Shown one piece after another: positions 1 through 10,658 of a stretch of DNA of 64,000 nucleotides; positions within the stretch are counted from its first letter, which is position 1; each line of letters starts with the position of its first letter. A program made the position numbers and the translations under genes. The notes under the pieces are model-generated. The model did no database searches. It had not been told where the DNA came from and saw only the letters and a list, made by a program, of their open reading frames with translations. Source of the DNA: Candidatus Bathyarchaeota archaeon (lineage in GTDB: Archaea; Thermoproteota; Bathyarchaeia; Bathyarchaeales; DTEX01); assembly GCA_963714275.1 (NCBI GenBank), contig CAVQNT010000004.1, positions 1 to 64,000 on the forward strand, read 5' to 3'.

Positions 1-736
1 TTGGGATCAGCAAGCCGTAAAGTGAGATGAAGATGAGTGGCGTGTGAAGAACCAGATTCCACAGTGTGTAGCCTGGCATTATGAAATATGACATGGCGTT
101 GAACAGACCTATCATTAGGCCTACGAAACTGGTGGTTCTGAGAACATATGTGTTAACTCTTGGATAGATTAAGGTCAAAAGGGCTATTATCACTGGTGTC
201 GTGGGACAGTACATAACGCCAAAAGAAGAATTAAGCAATAGCAAGGGATTGAAGTCAGGATTTAACTGAGCGTCTATTGGAGACCAGAAAGCCAAGAAAG
301 CAAAGGGCAAAACCCAGTATCTCCACGCTGGAAGCCTCTCGAAAACATAATTGTTCTGAGGTCTATAGACTTCCCAAACCCAGAACAACCCCACGATCAA
401 GACCGGAACCAGGTTTCCTGTTACTACTGCAAGTCCATAAGTGTCGGTCACTGCAATATGATTGCTGAAGGCAATGAACAAGAGCAGAATAGCGAAAAAG
501 ACGTCGACAACTCTGCCTACTCTGGATCCATAAAGATACAGAGCAACAAGCAACGCCACAGTAACAACGTGAACCATCGGGCTAAGCCATAAGTATGCAA
601 CTGAAGTCTTCATTAGAACTTCCTTGATGACGAGTGAACTGTCTTGTTGGGAAAAAGGCAATGCCGCAAAGACTGGAAGAAACGAGCATATAAAAAGCAC
701 AACCAGAATCAGCAAGGTCTTGTTCCTTTCTTTCAT
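1..736 (-). CDS. Multi-pass membrane protein, hypothetical (3' end runs off the window)
   Basis: Open frame from ATG 736 (MKERNKTLLILVVLFICSFLP...) to the window edge with many hydrophobic segments; absent from the ORF track because there is no stop in the window. Confidence 0.7.
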   Translation of the reverse strand, partial: MKERNKTLLILVVLFICSFLPVFAALPFSQQDSSLVIKEVLMKTSVAYLWLSPMVHVVTVALLVALYLYGSRVGRVVDVFFAILLLFIAFSNHIAVTDTYGLAVVTGNLVPVLIVGLFWVWEVYRPQNNYVFERLPAWRYWVLPFAFLAFWSPIDAQLNPDFNPLLLLNSSFGVMYCPTTPVIIALLTLIYPRVNTYVLRTTSFVGLMIGLFNAMSYFIMPGYTLWNLVLHTPLIFISLYGLLIP

Positions 737-834
737 AAAAACATCAAGCTGACAATACACTATTTTAGACTTCCCATTTCCAGAAATATCTACAGTTCAT
801 AGCGGGCTTCAATGATGGTCAGTGAGTTTCTAAT

Positions 835-1314
835 CTAGTCTTTGGATTTTTTTCTCTTGTTGTATCGTTGTTGGTAGTAGCCGAAGCAGCTGATCATTAT
901 GAAGTAAGCAACCACAAGCATATTTCCACTCAGACGCGACGACAAGTATCCGTACCAGTTCAGGGCTATGCTTCCGACTTGAAGTAGTATTAGGTATATG
1001 ACAAGGCCAACTGGCCAGCGATCTGGGTGATGCAGCGGTTTCTTTCGAGTAATCAGTCGATACCAGAAGTCATAGGCTAGATAGGCAATCATGGGAAATC
1101 CTGTTATTAAGCGACCGAGATCGGCTCCAACAAGAATATTCGCGATCCATAAAGCAGCGAAGGGAACCAAGAGGGCGCTGAAGGCTGGAGCAAGCATCAG
1201 CTCGAGCTTATCACGCTCGTGGGCCCGCAGTAGGTACACAACGCATAAGAAAGAGTAGTATATCAATCCAGAGAAAACGACAAGATTGTCGATCAGAACT
1301 CCATCCATCAGCAA
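835..1314 (-). CDS. Hypothetical membrane protein
   Basis: 159 aa with about 5 hydrophobic helices and a basic C-terminal tail. Confidence 0.6.
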   Translation of the reverse strand: MLMDGVLIDNLVVFSGLIYYSFLCVVYLLRAHERDKLELMLAPAFSALLVPFAALWIANILVGADLGRLITGFPMIAYLAYDFWYRLITRKKPLHHPDRWPVGLVIYLILLQVGSIALNWYGYLSSRLSGNMLVVAYFIMISCFGYYQQRYNKRKKSKD

Positions 1315-1511
1315 ACACTGCCAGCTCGAGAATTCTATGGACTGTGTATTATTTATTTTCTTATTTGTTATGAAACAAGATTAGCTGAGATAGTCTTTGT
1401 CATTTTGTGTGATATACGAAACACGACGATACACGGGATATACGTGATACGGAGTAAGGTAGAGAGAGATAGAATGAGAATAAAAGAATAAAAAAGTGTG
1501 GGGTGGTTTTT

Positions 1512-1604
1512 TTGGGTAGGACTGTTCCTTCCTTTCGTATGAAGCTTGAAGGCGAGATTGCAGAGTGGAAACCGTTCATGAAGGCGTTACCCATCCTAAA
1601 TTGA
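1512..1604 (+). pseudogene. N-terminal fragment of a small archaeal protein (MGRTVPSFR... family, probably PolB2-associated arCOG07300-like)
   Basis: TTG start after GGGGTGG; reads MGRTVPSFRMKLEGEIAEWKPFMKALP then stops; family assignment is from recalled similarity. Confidence 0.5.
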
Positions 1605-1702
1605 ACATGGTGTTTTCTAGTGAGTTAGTCAAATATCGAGTACACAAATGCTGGCTATCTAGCTGATAGTTGTCTTGCAGTCTAGAAGCACGCAAAACTG
1701 CA

Positions 1703-2581
1703 TTACCTTACCGTTACCTTATTCCATGCAAGATAAGCATATAAAGTTCCCCACTTGCTGGGTTTCCCAACTCTCTCTTTTGGCAAATATAATTTGTTTG
1801 CAGGTAAAGTGCCCTCAAGCAAGATTCTACCGTAATCGTCCTTTTTCTCCTCCAAAAGGCTCCACGCTTCCTGTAATTCCATTGCTTCTCCTGCACCCAA
1901 AGCCACCAATGCATCAAGCAGTAAGGGCAGACCTACGTGAAAATATTCTATTGGAAAAAACACTTCATTCATATGTTTAACTACGACTTGTGTAGGATTA
2001 TCCGTTCTATAAAACAGACGCCGTTTAAGGAAATATTGAATTAATTACTCGCTTCCACTGAAATACAGCCCTTTCTTTTTAAGTTCCCCTGCAAGTAATA
2101 GTCCATGCATGGCAGCTCTCATGCAGCTTTTCGGTACCTTTTTCATCTTTCTCACTCGGTGTAAGCAAAGCCACCCGCCATCCAGTAATTGGGCTTCTGC
2201 CAATTGTGAGAGACGCTTCTTTAATCGCGCGTCTTTTCCATAACCCAACATTACCATTGCACGAAGTGCCATCAGTTCACCACAGTTCGCGTCAAAATAC
2301 GGTGCTGAAAGCAGTTTATCAATACACGATTCTATATCGACGTCCTTATAAGACAAACCAGATTCAGCTAATGCGGTCAAATTGTAAATCACTGCCTGAC
2401 CTTTCAATGACATCCAAGATAAATTAGATGCTGCCTGAAGTTTCCTTGTAACAACACGACGTACTGCCTTTACCTCCTTATGGTCTTCAGAAAGACCACA
2501 TAATCCAATGAGTGTACGTAAACGCACACCAGGGTTGTTCTCTTCCAATAGCCAATTCAAAAGCTCCCCATCGATTTTCAT
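1703..2581 (-). CDS. Prenyltransferase/squalene-cyclase-like alpha-helical protein with an in-frame TAA (pseudogene or error)
   Basis: ORFs 2045-2581 and 1703-1972 are in the same frame, joined by open sequence (SE*LIQYFLKRRLF); WLLEE.NP.VR, Q..DGGW.C and GKPSKW.TL motifs. Confidence 0.6.
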
Positions 2582-2672
2582 TTTGTGACACTCAACTCCT
2601 TCTCATCCTACATCTTTTCCTGTTTATTTACCTATTCAAATGTTCGAGGTGACTAGCTTAAGCTAGCTATCA

Positions 2673-2774
2673 GATGCTATGTTCATGTCCATCCTTCTAG
2701 CACACGAAAAAGAACTAAGAAACATCAAGGCTTCACTAGAAAAACTTAACAATACACCCAATGACGAACGATAG
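2673..2774 (+). pseudogene. C-terminal fragment of the same small protein as 1512-1604
   Basis: Reads DAMFMSILLAHEKELRNIKASLEKL...*, resembling the C-terminus of that family. Confidence 0.45.
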
Positions 2775-2878
2775 TATCCGATTGTTCATACTAGACGAAT
2801 ATGAGATGCTTCTATTTCGTAATCGTAGTTGTCTGTTCACACCATTCGCGCGCGCGATTTAGCATATACCAGTGAACC

Positions 2879-4060
2879 TTACATCATTTTTGAAAACGAG
2901 AATTCGGAGAACTCGTTTTGGCAGGGGTTACCATATAAGACTTTAAACATTTTTCTTTTCGGGTAGAAGATCACTGAGCGTAGTGTACTTGCGTATTCGC
3001 CATGTTGGCAGATTGTAAAATTTGAGGGAATGTTTTCTTGGCCATGATCCCGTAGAACTGAAGTTATTGTATTTTCATCTATTTTATCCCAAATGCTCAG
3101 TAAATCCTGTGATCGTTTCAGTCTTTCTTCACTAGATCTATGGACTTTTTTGCCAACCAATTCCTTCCTTGCTTTTTCTGAAAAAACCGCGTTTCGTGGG
3201 ACTTCATACTTTTGCATCTCTTCTGTAAGGTAGTGGTTAGTATTGATAATCTGGTTTCCTATGGGCTCCCTTGTTGCAGAATGATTGTGTGAGATCTCCA
3301 CTGTCTTTACACCATCTTCGTTATCAGCTAACATTAGCAAACCACTTCCAGCACGTTTCGCATTTGTGATGAACCTGATGGCTTCCTCCGTGTTCTTGCA
3401 TGTTTCTAGCATCTCCTGAAGCGCTATGGAGAGTGGTGCAAAGCATGTTGGCTCTTCTATAGAGAACGCGAGGTTGTATGCCACGGTTAAGCCATGCTCG
3501 TTCATACCATCCAGCATGCCTGGAAGCGGGGCCATTGTGCAGCCAAGGGTTTGATTGCGTCCTGTAGGTTTAGTGTGGCAAGTTAAGTGTAATGGCAAAA
3601 AATGGTTTGGATAGTCGAAGTTCTTCGCAACGATCATTTCCTTCGTAGTTGTTCGAAGTTGGGTAAATCCTAGGCTAGTGCAGGCTGGAACACGGACCAT
3701 CGATGATCCGAAAGTAACTAGGAGTTCCATTGATTGAGCGAAAAAGCCCCATGATAAGTCTATTCCTGCACCTTCAGCTATGCCTTTCAAGCGTTCTGCC
3801 TGCTTTGGATAGTTTTGAAAAATGTCGTTTTCTAGTGTTTTAGTGGCTCGACGTCTGGCCAGTTGCATGAATAGGGACGTTGGCATAAGTCGCGGTTTCA
3901 TCCTCTTTACTTCACCAAAATTTGGTATCTGTTCTATTGTTTGATGCAGTAACTCGCGAACGGCTTTTCCCTGTTGGACACCAATCTCATAATGAGTACC
4001 CGAAAATCTCTCTAATTTAATACTTGACAAAGGTAATCTATTCTTCCTTCTATGCTTCAC
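2879..4060 (-). CDS. Peptidase C45 family (acyl-CoA:6-APA acyltransferase-like Ntn hydrolase)
   Basis: G.HYEIG.QQG N-terminus, autoprocessing ACTS site, KNFDY, GMNEHGL, TNHY. Confidence 0.85.
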   Translation of the reverse strand: MKHRRKNRLPLSSIKLERFSGTHYEIGVQQGKAVRELLHQTIEQIPNFGEVKRMKPRLMPTSLFMQLARRRATKTLENDIFQNYPKQAERLKGIAEGAGIDLSWGFFAQSMELLVTFGSSMVRVPACTSLGFTQLRTTTKEMIVAKNFDYPNHFLPLHLTCHTKPTGRNQTLGCTMAPLPGMLDGMNEHGLTVAYNLAFSIEEPTCFAPLSIALQEMLETCKNTEEAIRFITNAKRAGSGLLMLADNEDGVKTVEISHNHSATREPIGNQIINTNHYLTEEMQKYEVPRNAVFSEKARKELVGKKVHRSSEERLKRSQDLLSIWDKIDENTITSVLRDHGQENIPSNFTICQHGEYASTLRSVIFYPKRKMFKVLYGNPCQNEFSEFSFSKMM

Positions 4061-4325
4061 TTACAAATAAACGGGAACAGCATATAAGAGGATACTCGCG
4101 AATAATCCTTCGCGACCGGAATATCTTGATAAAAAAGGGAGGGGAGGAAATTTTGCGGGTGACCAGAAATTCTTGGAAGGCAGTACAGAAAAGAATTCAA
4201 GGGGCACCATAATAGTGCGCGCGTTTTTTCGATCAGTTCCATTTATAAACTTTAGAGTAAATATATCCCCCTCCCCTTATGGTCACAGACTGCTTAAATG
4301 GATTTAGCAGTGTCTCTAAATTGTT

Positions 4326-4637
4326 ATGTTGATTATTAACCAAAGGCAACCAAGAACCATCTGGAGTGAGCTTAAAGCTGGGTTAGGAACCGGACCTAGG
4401 TTCAGAGTGTTGCTGCATTTAGCGTTGCATCCAGAAGACGCTTTTACAAAGTACGCATTGGTTAAGGCAACGGGACTGAGAACCCCAGCGGTAACGGAGC
4501 ATCTAGAAAGGCTGGTTGAGCTTGGCTGGGCACGAAAGTATAAGTCTGACCCGGTTACGCATCAAATTTGCCTAAACAACGAAGTTGCCAGACTCGTTCA
4601 TGACCTTTTTTGCAGTTTTAGAGGTGTCAAAGCCTAA
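4326..4637 (+). CDS. Winged helix-turn-helix protein
   Basis: TKYALVKATGLRTPAVTEHLERLVELGW HTH plus wing. Confidence 0.75.
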   Translation: MLIINQRQPRTIWSELKAGLGTGPRFRVLLHLALHPEDAFTKYALVKATGLRTPAVTEHLERLVELGWARKYKSDPVTHQICLNNEVARLVHDLFCSFRGVKA

Positions 4638-4652
4638 CAAGCCAGAAAGAAA

Positions 4653-4880
4653 ATGGAGGAAGTGTGTTTGAGGATTTATCACCGTGTTTTGAAGCAGCAG
4701 TACCGTAAGAAAGGATTTTATGAGTATGAACTGGTCGCTGTGCCCATTCCTAAAAAGTATAATGAATTCATGAAGCCTTTTCTTGACAAGAACCTCGAAA
4801 TATCCGTCCAAGTTCTCCCGCCCCCACAAGAAGGATTCATGATGGTTTTGAAGCCCAAAAAGAGCTCTAAACCCCCGTAA
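4653..4880 (+). CDS. Small hypothetical protein
   Basis: 75 aa ORF co-oriented 15 nt after the wHTH gene. Confidence 0.55.
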   Translation: MEEVCLRIYHRVLKQQYRKKGFYEYELVAVPIPKKYNEFMKPFLDKNLEISVQVLPPPQEGFMMVLKPKKSSKPP

Positions 4881-4885
4881 AAACG

Positions 4886-5047
4886 TTTCTACATGTAGAA
4901 AAGTGCCCTTCTAAAACCCGAAAAAACCATGCCTTGTAGGCCTGAAAAGCAACGGTTTACACATAAAAATGATTAATCTCCTTATATTGCTGGAATTTTC
5001 TACATGTAGAAAAAGTTTGCCATATAGTGTTTTTCTACGCGTAGAAA
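4886..5047. repeat. Cluster of three 16-18 bp perfect palindromes TTTCTAC(AT/GC)GTAGAAA
   Basis: Copies at 4886-4901, 4996-5013 and 5032-5047. Confidence 0.85.
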
Positions 5048-5165
5048 CGAATTCACCGCAGCTTACACGAAAATTATGAAACATAAACCTGTGTAAAAAG
5101 CAGAAAAACCCACAGCCCAACAGCCATGATTGCTTAAGCCAATTTGTTTAAGGGCTTGTGGGGAC

Positions 5166-5550
5166 ATGACCAGAAATGGGAAACCAAGGCTTTCGGTCTT
5201 CAAGGGCAGAGAGGCGAAGCTTAAATTATGCTATACTTCAGGTTCTTGCTATAGATGGTCCTCTCAATATTCGCCAGGTCCAAAAAAGAATAATGGCGAA
5301 AAAGGATCTCCAACACACAAGATATCGAGTGGTAAACAGACGCATAAAAATCCTAGAAAAAGAAGGCTACTTAGAACAGGTTAGAACCGAAAGAACACCC
5401 CAAGGCTTCATAGCAAAGTTATACCAACCCACTTTAAGAACATACTTGGCATTCGCATTAAACAGTGTTAACTTTGACGAGTTAGGTAAGTTAGCAGAGT
5501 CTGACATAATCGCTGTTTTAGCAGTCTTCGCAAACATGACTATAACATAG
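5166..5550 (+). CDS. Winged helix-turn-helix protein (frameshift near 5222)
   Basis: MTRNGKPRLSVFKGREAKL joins NYAILQVLAIDGPLNIRQV...RRIKILEKEGYL. Confidence 0.7.
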
Positions 5551-5890
5551 ATTATTCATCAACAAAATCAGACTCTTCTTTCCCTGAACGGGAGTCATTG
5601 TAGAGAATTATCATTTCAGCAGAGTCTTGTCTTTCCAAAGTGGTTAATTTAACAAGGTCAATAGAGCTCAAATTAATGACATTTCATGAGGAAGGTTGGG
5701 GAATTGACTGCTAATCCAGACTATATTGTGAAGTTTATTGAATTCTTAAGTGACACTAATTGGGAAAAATCCCTCTTAGATGCTATTAAAAAATTCATAT
5801 ATGGAGGTCACTCGTTAACTAAAATTGAGCGCACGCGCTGCGAGTAATGTGATGACGTCTATGTTGTTTGCTGCGTGCTAATCCAGATGA

Positions 5891-6451
5891 TTATCGGTTC
5901 TGCGTGCGGAGTCTTTTCTTTATTGTTTCCAGGTTTTTTTGCAGTTGTTTAATCATTCCTTGAATTTGCCTGCGTTGTTCTTCAAGTCTTCTAATTGTAT
6001 CTTCTTCTTTTTCATCAGTTTCCCTAAACAACTCAGCGAGGGGACGAGGTATGCTTAATGTCGAGTCAAGATGCGTATCCACTTCTAAAACTCCTTTCAT
6101 GTATTCTTCGAACAGATTTCTCATCGTGCCAGCAAGTTGTTTTTCTTTTGCAAGGGCTCGTCTGAGAACAGTTCTGCCTGACTCTGTAATTTTGTATATT
6201 TTCTTTCTTCTTTTTGTTTTTGCGTCCCATTCGCCTTGAATGTATCCTGACTTCTGCAGGTCTTTGAGTATAGGGTACATGCCGCCTGCGGTTGGTTTCC
6301 AAAAGCCTCTGGTTCTTTCCCTTATTTCCTTCATTATTTCGTATCCATGATGAGGCTTTTTGCTTAGCAAGATGAGCGTCGCTATCCGAATGTAGCCCTT
6401 CTGCGTTTCCTTAAGCCAATTTGAGGCAGCGATTTCTTCATCTTGCTGCAT
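5891..6451 (-). CDS. PadR family transcriptional regulator
   Basis: HGYEIMKEI, G.MYPILKDL..GYI, RRKKIYKITESG; true start is probably ATG 6451, divergent from the ABC operon. Confidence 0.9.
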   Translation of the reverse strand: MQQDEEIAASNWLKETQKGYIRIATLILLSKKPHHGYEIMKEIRERTRGFWKPTAGGMYPILKDLQKSGYIQGEWDAKTKRRKKIYKITESGRTVLRRALAKEKQLAGTMRNLFEEYMKGVLEVDTHLDSTLSIPRPLAELFRETDEKEEDTIRRLEEQRRQIQGMIKQLQKNLETIKKRLRTQNR

Positions 6452-6533
6452 ACAATCATTTCTTGATAATGCATACGAAATATTTATATTTTGCTTTGAT
6501 ATATTGCGCTGATTCATATTCGAGGGTGTAGCC

Positions 6534-7568
6534 TTGAGCAATGAATCTATAATTATGATCCAGAACCTAACGAAGGCATTTGGCGACTTCGTAGCAGTTG
6601 ACAACATCACGTTTGACATAAAGAAAGGCGAAATCTTTGGGTTGCTTGGGCCTAACGGCGCGGGAAAAAGCACCATTATTCGAATGCTTTCCACTCTGAC
6701 TAGACCAACTAAAGGCACAGCAACCATCGGTGGCTTTGACGTTGTGAAACAGGACACTGAAGTCAGGAAACTAATCGGCATAGTTTCAGAGAAAATGATA
6801 ATGTACAATCGTTTGACCGCTAGGGAAAATCTCTGGTTCTTTGGAAACCTTTTCGGTATGCCGAGAGAGGAACTTAATGGGCGAATTGATGAGTTGCTGG
6901 AGCTTGTCCAATTGACTAAATGGGGAAAAGCTCAGGTAGGAACGTTTTCAACGGGCATGAAACAGAGAATGAACATCATAAGAGCACTACTTAACATGCC
7001 GCAAGTGCTGTTTCTTGATGAGCCAACTTTGGGTCTTGATCCTCAATCAACGGTTGAGATCCGCGAGTTCATCAGGAAACTCAACCAAGAACATAACACA
7101 ACCATCCTTATTACTACTCACATGATGGGTGAAGCAGACTTGTTATGTGATCGTATTGGCATAATTGACCATGGAAAAATCGTTGCTCTTGACACGTCGA
7201 CAAACCTGAAAAATGCTATTGCAGGCGCAAACACGACGATACTCACCCTGGAAATCGCTAACCTAACACCGGACCTGCTGGCAACAGTGCGGGCTCTCGA
7301 ATGCGTGGAGACCGTTTCTCAGGAAAATTCCAGTCACATGAAGATTCATGCCCACGGCGATGGCGCTTTCGACAGCATCATAGATGCCATACGTGCGAAT
7401 AAGGGAAACATAGTTTCGATGCAGAATATTCAACCTACGTTGGAAGACGTGTTCTTGCATATAACGGGCCGTGAGGTAAGGGACACCGCAGATCAAAAGA
7501 TGCCTCTGGCAGAGCATCGGCGCTTCGGTGGCGGTTTTGGCGGTGCGTCTCGAGGAAGGGGGCGATGA
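6534..7568 (+). CDS. ABC exporter ATP-binding protein (DrrA-like)
   Basis: GPNGAGKS, FSTGMKQR, LFLDEPT, H-loop. Confidence 0.92.
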   Translation: MSNESIIMIQNLTKAFGDFVAVDNITFDIKKGEIFGLLGPNGAGKSTIIRMLSTLTRPTKGTATIGGFDVVKQDTEVRKLIGIVSEKMIMYNRLTARENLWFFGNLFGMPREELNGRIDELLELVQLTKWGKAQVGTFSTGMKQRMNIIRALLNMPQVLFLDEPTLGLDPQSTVEIREFIRKLNQEHNTTILITTHMMGEADLLCDRIGIIDHGKIVALDTSTNLKNAIAGANTTILTLEIANLTPDLLATVRALECVETVSQENSSHMKIHAHGDGAFDSIIDAIRANKGNIVSMQNIQPTLEDVFLHITGREVRDTADQKMPLAEHRRFGGGFGGASRGRGR

Positions 7569-8769
7569 AAATGCGTGGAAAAGCATTGATGTCAAACAGT
7601 CTCCGCATCGCTTGGAAAGACTTGATGGAACTTTTCCGAAACAGATTAGGCCTAGTCATGCTTATTCTGATGCCTATATTCATGATGGGCATGGTCGGCT
7701 TCATATTTCCATCTAACAACTCATTAAACCATGTGTCAGTCGGATTGGTTAATCAGGATGCAGGTTTCGGCGGGTCCACGGTCGGAAGCCAAGTTTTCCT
7801 TACCGTTTTGAACGGAATCAATAATCAGACAGGTATGCTGGACATTTCTAACGCTACAAACCTTGACGCGTTGAAAGAATCGGTTCAGAGAGGGCGAAAT
7901 TCAAGGCGGCATAGTCATCCCCAGCAACTTCACACAATGCATATTGAGCGGCCAGCAGGGAACTCTGATTATTGTGGTCGATAATTCTAATCCGCAAATA
8001 TCTGCTGCTATGCAAAGCGCGTTGACCGCCGTGTTCCAGCAGATGGGAACAATGTTAGCTCAGCAGAACGTCTTAGCGCTTAACCCGGCAATCAACGCAA
8101 CCAACGCCTTGGCAATAGTGCAGCCATACAACATTAAAGTGGAAGGTGTCGTCACTGGGCATACCAGCTACTTTGACTTCATTGCTCCGGGCATAATGGC
8201 TATGACGGTGATGATGAGTGTCATGACAGGTTTGCCTGCGGCCATATCTCAGGAGAAGGAAGTCGGCACCCTAGACGGGATGATGGTGGCACCGATCAAC
8301 AGACTCTCCATCATAGTCGGCAAAACTCTCGCTCAAACCGCAAGAGGCCTATTGCAAGGCGTACTTATACTGATATTAGCCTCAGCTCCTATTCGGGGTC
8401 TCCATTCAAGGAAGCATCCTGCTAGTCTTCGCCCTACTGTTGCTCGGCGTGTTCAGCTTCGTAGGCCTAGGCGTTGTGCTCACGTCATTCGCTAAGGATC
8501 AAGAGACAGCCATGATGATTATGATGACGCTCATGTTTCCAATGATGTTCCTAAGCGGCGTATTCTTCCCAGTGCAGCAGATGCCATGGTACATGCAAGA
8601 CATATCGAAAGTCTTGCCACTTACTTATGCAGCCGATGCCTTAAGAAAAGTGATGGTGCTGGGCGCAGGAATACCGCAAATAACCACCGAACTGACAGTA
8701 ATGATAGTGTTCGGAGTGGTCATGATCGCCATAGCAGTGCCAGTGTTCAAAAGAGCAATGACCAGATAA
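7565..8769 (+). CDS. ABC-2 type permease (two frameshifts, near 7892 and 8388)
   Basis: Three consecutive ORF pieces; EKE.GTL...VAP and FLSGVFFP...P.YMQ.IS..LPLTY motifs. Confidence 0.85.
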
Positions 8770-8814
8770 CGTAACTCATCTAAAGTTATAAGAAATGTGG
8801 TGATGAAACTCTAA

Positions 8815-9756
8815 TTGCCTTCACTTGAAGCAGTAAACCTTTCGAAAAGGTACGGTTCTTTCTATGCGGTTTCAGATTTAAACCTCAAAATTGAAGGCGC
8901 AAAATGCGTAGGGTTCTTGGGTCCAAACGGCGCAGGAAAAACTACAACTCTCAAAATGTTCACAGATCTGATAAGACCGTCTTCTGGAGAGGCTCTGATA
9001 AACGGTGTAAACATTCATACCAACAAGAAAAAAGCACTTTCGTCTGTCGCCGCGCTGATTGAGACTCCAGAAATCTACCCTTCATTGACCCCCCGAGAAG
9101 CTCTAATGATGATTTCTGAGATAAGAGGAGTACCTGTTGAAGAGCGAAACAAGAGAATAGAAGAATCTGTCTCAGAAGTTCATATGGAAGAGTGGATGGA
9201 TAAGAGAGTAGGCAAGTTCTCAAAGGGAATGAAGCAGAGAATATGCGTAGCCTCTGCACTTCTCAGTGACCCAAGCATCCTCCTCTTAGACGAGCCCACT
9301 ATCGGTCTTGACCCTAGGGGAATGAGTGAAGTCAGAGACATCGTGAAATCTCTAAAGAGCAAGAAGAGATTGATTTTCATGAGTTCCCATATCCTCAGTG
9401 AGGTTTCAGATGTCTGTGACGAGGTTGCGATGATAGATCATGGCAAGCTAATTGTTTATGACACAATTTCCAATGTCACTTCAAAGTTCTCAGGCGGAGA
9501 AAACATGGTTCAAGTTGGGCTGGTACGTTCCATTGATACGCGGTTAGTAAATAAGAACATTGCAAGCCTTCCAGGCGTGGTCTCAGCAGAACAAAAAGAT
9601 GACAGAAACCTTACGATTAGGTTTAGCGGAGGCTTGGATGTTCAAGAACGCATTCTTTCTGACTTGGTTAGAATGAATATTGGAGTAATCAGTTATAGAC
9701 CCGCTTCGTCGGAACTCGAAGATGTCTATCTTAAACTAATCAAAGACACGTTGTGA
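8815..9756 (+). CDS. ABC transporter ATP-binding protein
   Basis: GPNGAGKTT, FSKGMKQR, LLLDEPT. Confidence 0.92.
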   Translation: MPSLEAVNLSKRYGSFYAVSDLNLKIEGAKCVGFLGPNGAGKTTTLKMFTDLIRPSSGEALINGVNIHTNKKKALSSVAALIETPEIYPSLTPREALMMISEIRGVPVEERNKRIEESVSEVHMEEWMDKRVGKFSKGMKQRICVASALLSDPSILLLDEPTIGLDPRGMSEVRDIVKSLKSKKRLIFMSSHILSEVSDVCDEVAMIDHGKLIVYDTISNVTSKFSGGENMVQVGLVRSIDTRLVNKNIASLPGVVSAEQKDDRNLTIRFSGGLDVQERILSDLVRMNIGVISYRPASSELEDVYLKLIKDTL

Positions 9757-10616
9757 TAAACATGAACGAAACAGAGATTGTTAGCAGAAACAAAGTGCCA
9801 AGCAGTCTGGCGCAAGTCGGCATTACTATGAAGTACACGCTTCTAGACTACATAAGATCACGCAGATTCTACATAATGCTGACTATAGCAGTCGTAATCA
9901 GTGCCATCCTCACTTTCGTGGTTGGGTATTATCGCCCAGCAAGTTTTCTTGCAACTAATTTGTCATTTTATTCGGGTTGGTGGGGAAACATAGCGACTTA
10001 CGTAATAGTGCTTTCCGGAATTTTCTTTGGCGGCGATGCCATTTCTGGGGAATTTCAGAACAAGACAGGTTACTTCGGAATCCCTAACCCTATCCGAAGG
10101 TCGTCTATATACATAGGGAAGTGGTTGTCAGCTCTCATCGCATCTACAGTCATACTAGGCGTGTTCGCGGCGATCACTGTAGGTAACGGATTATACTACT
10201 TTTCAAGCGTGCCCTCTGAATTCGGGCTGTCTTTGCTTTTCGCATGGTTCTATCTTATGGCAGTTCTAGGCTTCACGTTCTTCTTCAGTTCGCTGTTCAA
10301 AAGCAGTTCCATGTCAATTCTCGTAACTGCTATAGTATTCCTCTTTGCGTTCAACATAATTCAACTTTTCGTTGGCAACTTTGCGCAGGTTGAGCCTTGG
10401 TTTATCCTAACTTACGGAGGGCAAATAATAGGAAACATATTAAGAGTACCATATCCGCCGCCTACTTCTGTGGGTCATATTAGTCCAGGTGGCGAGGGAC
10501 CAATTTTTACCACGTACAACGTAACGGTCCCAGAAGGACTTGCCATCATTGGAGTATACTTTATCGTTACCGCGATCTTAGGACTGGTTCTGTTTGAGCG
10601 AAAGGAGTTTAACTAA
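9753..10616 (+). CDS. ABC-2 type permease
   Basis: 6 TM segments; DAISGEF..KT...P.RR..IY.GK motif. Confidence 0.85.
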   Translation: MINMNETEIVSRNKVPSSLAQVGITMKYTLLDYIRSRRFYIMLTIAVVISAILTFVVGYYRPASFLATNLSFYSGWWGNIATYVIVLSGIFFGGDAISGEFQNKTGYFGIPNPIRRSSIYIGKWLSALIASTVILGVFAAITVGNGLYYFSSVPSEFGLSLLFAWFYLMAVLGFTFFFSSLFKSSSMSILVTAIVFLFAFNIIQLFVGNFAQVEPWFILTYGGQIIGNILRVPYPPPTSVGHISPGGEGPIFTTYNVTVPEGLAIIGVYFIVTAILGLVLFERKEFN

Positions 10617-10658
10617 AATGAAAACTGCGCACACTAACAGGAAAAGGAGAGATGTTTT

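Noticed and set aside
1411-1500. Short GATAYACG repeats and a purine-rich tract
   Set aside because: Three to four irregularly spaced 6-8 bp copies; no structure or function can be supported.
6452-6808. N-terminal extension of the 305-aa PadR ORF
   Set aside because: It is the antisense shadow of the ABC ATPase gene; the real start is probably 6451.
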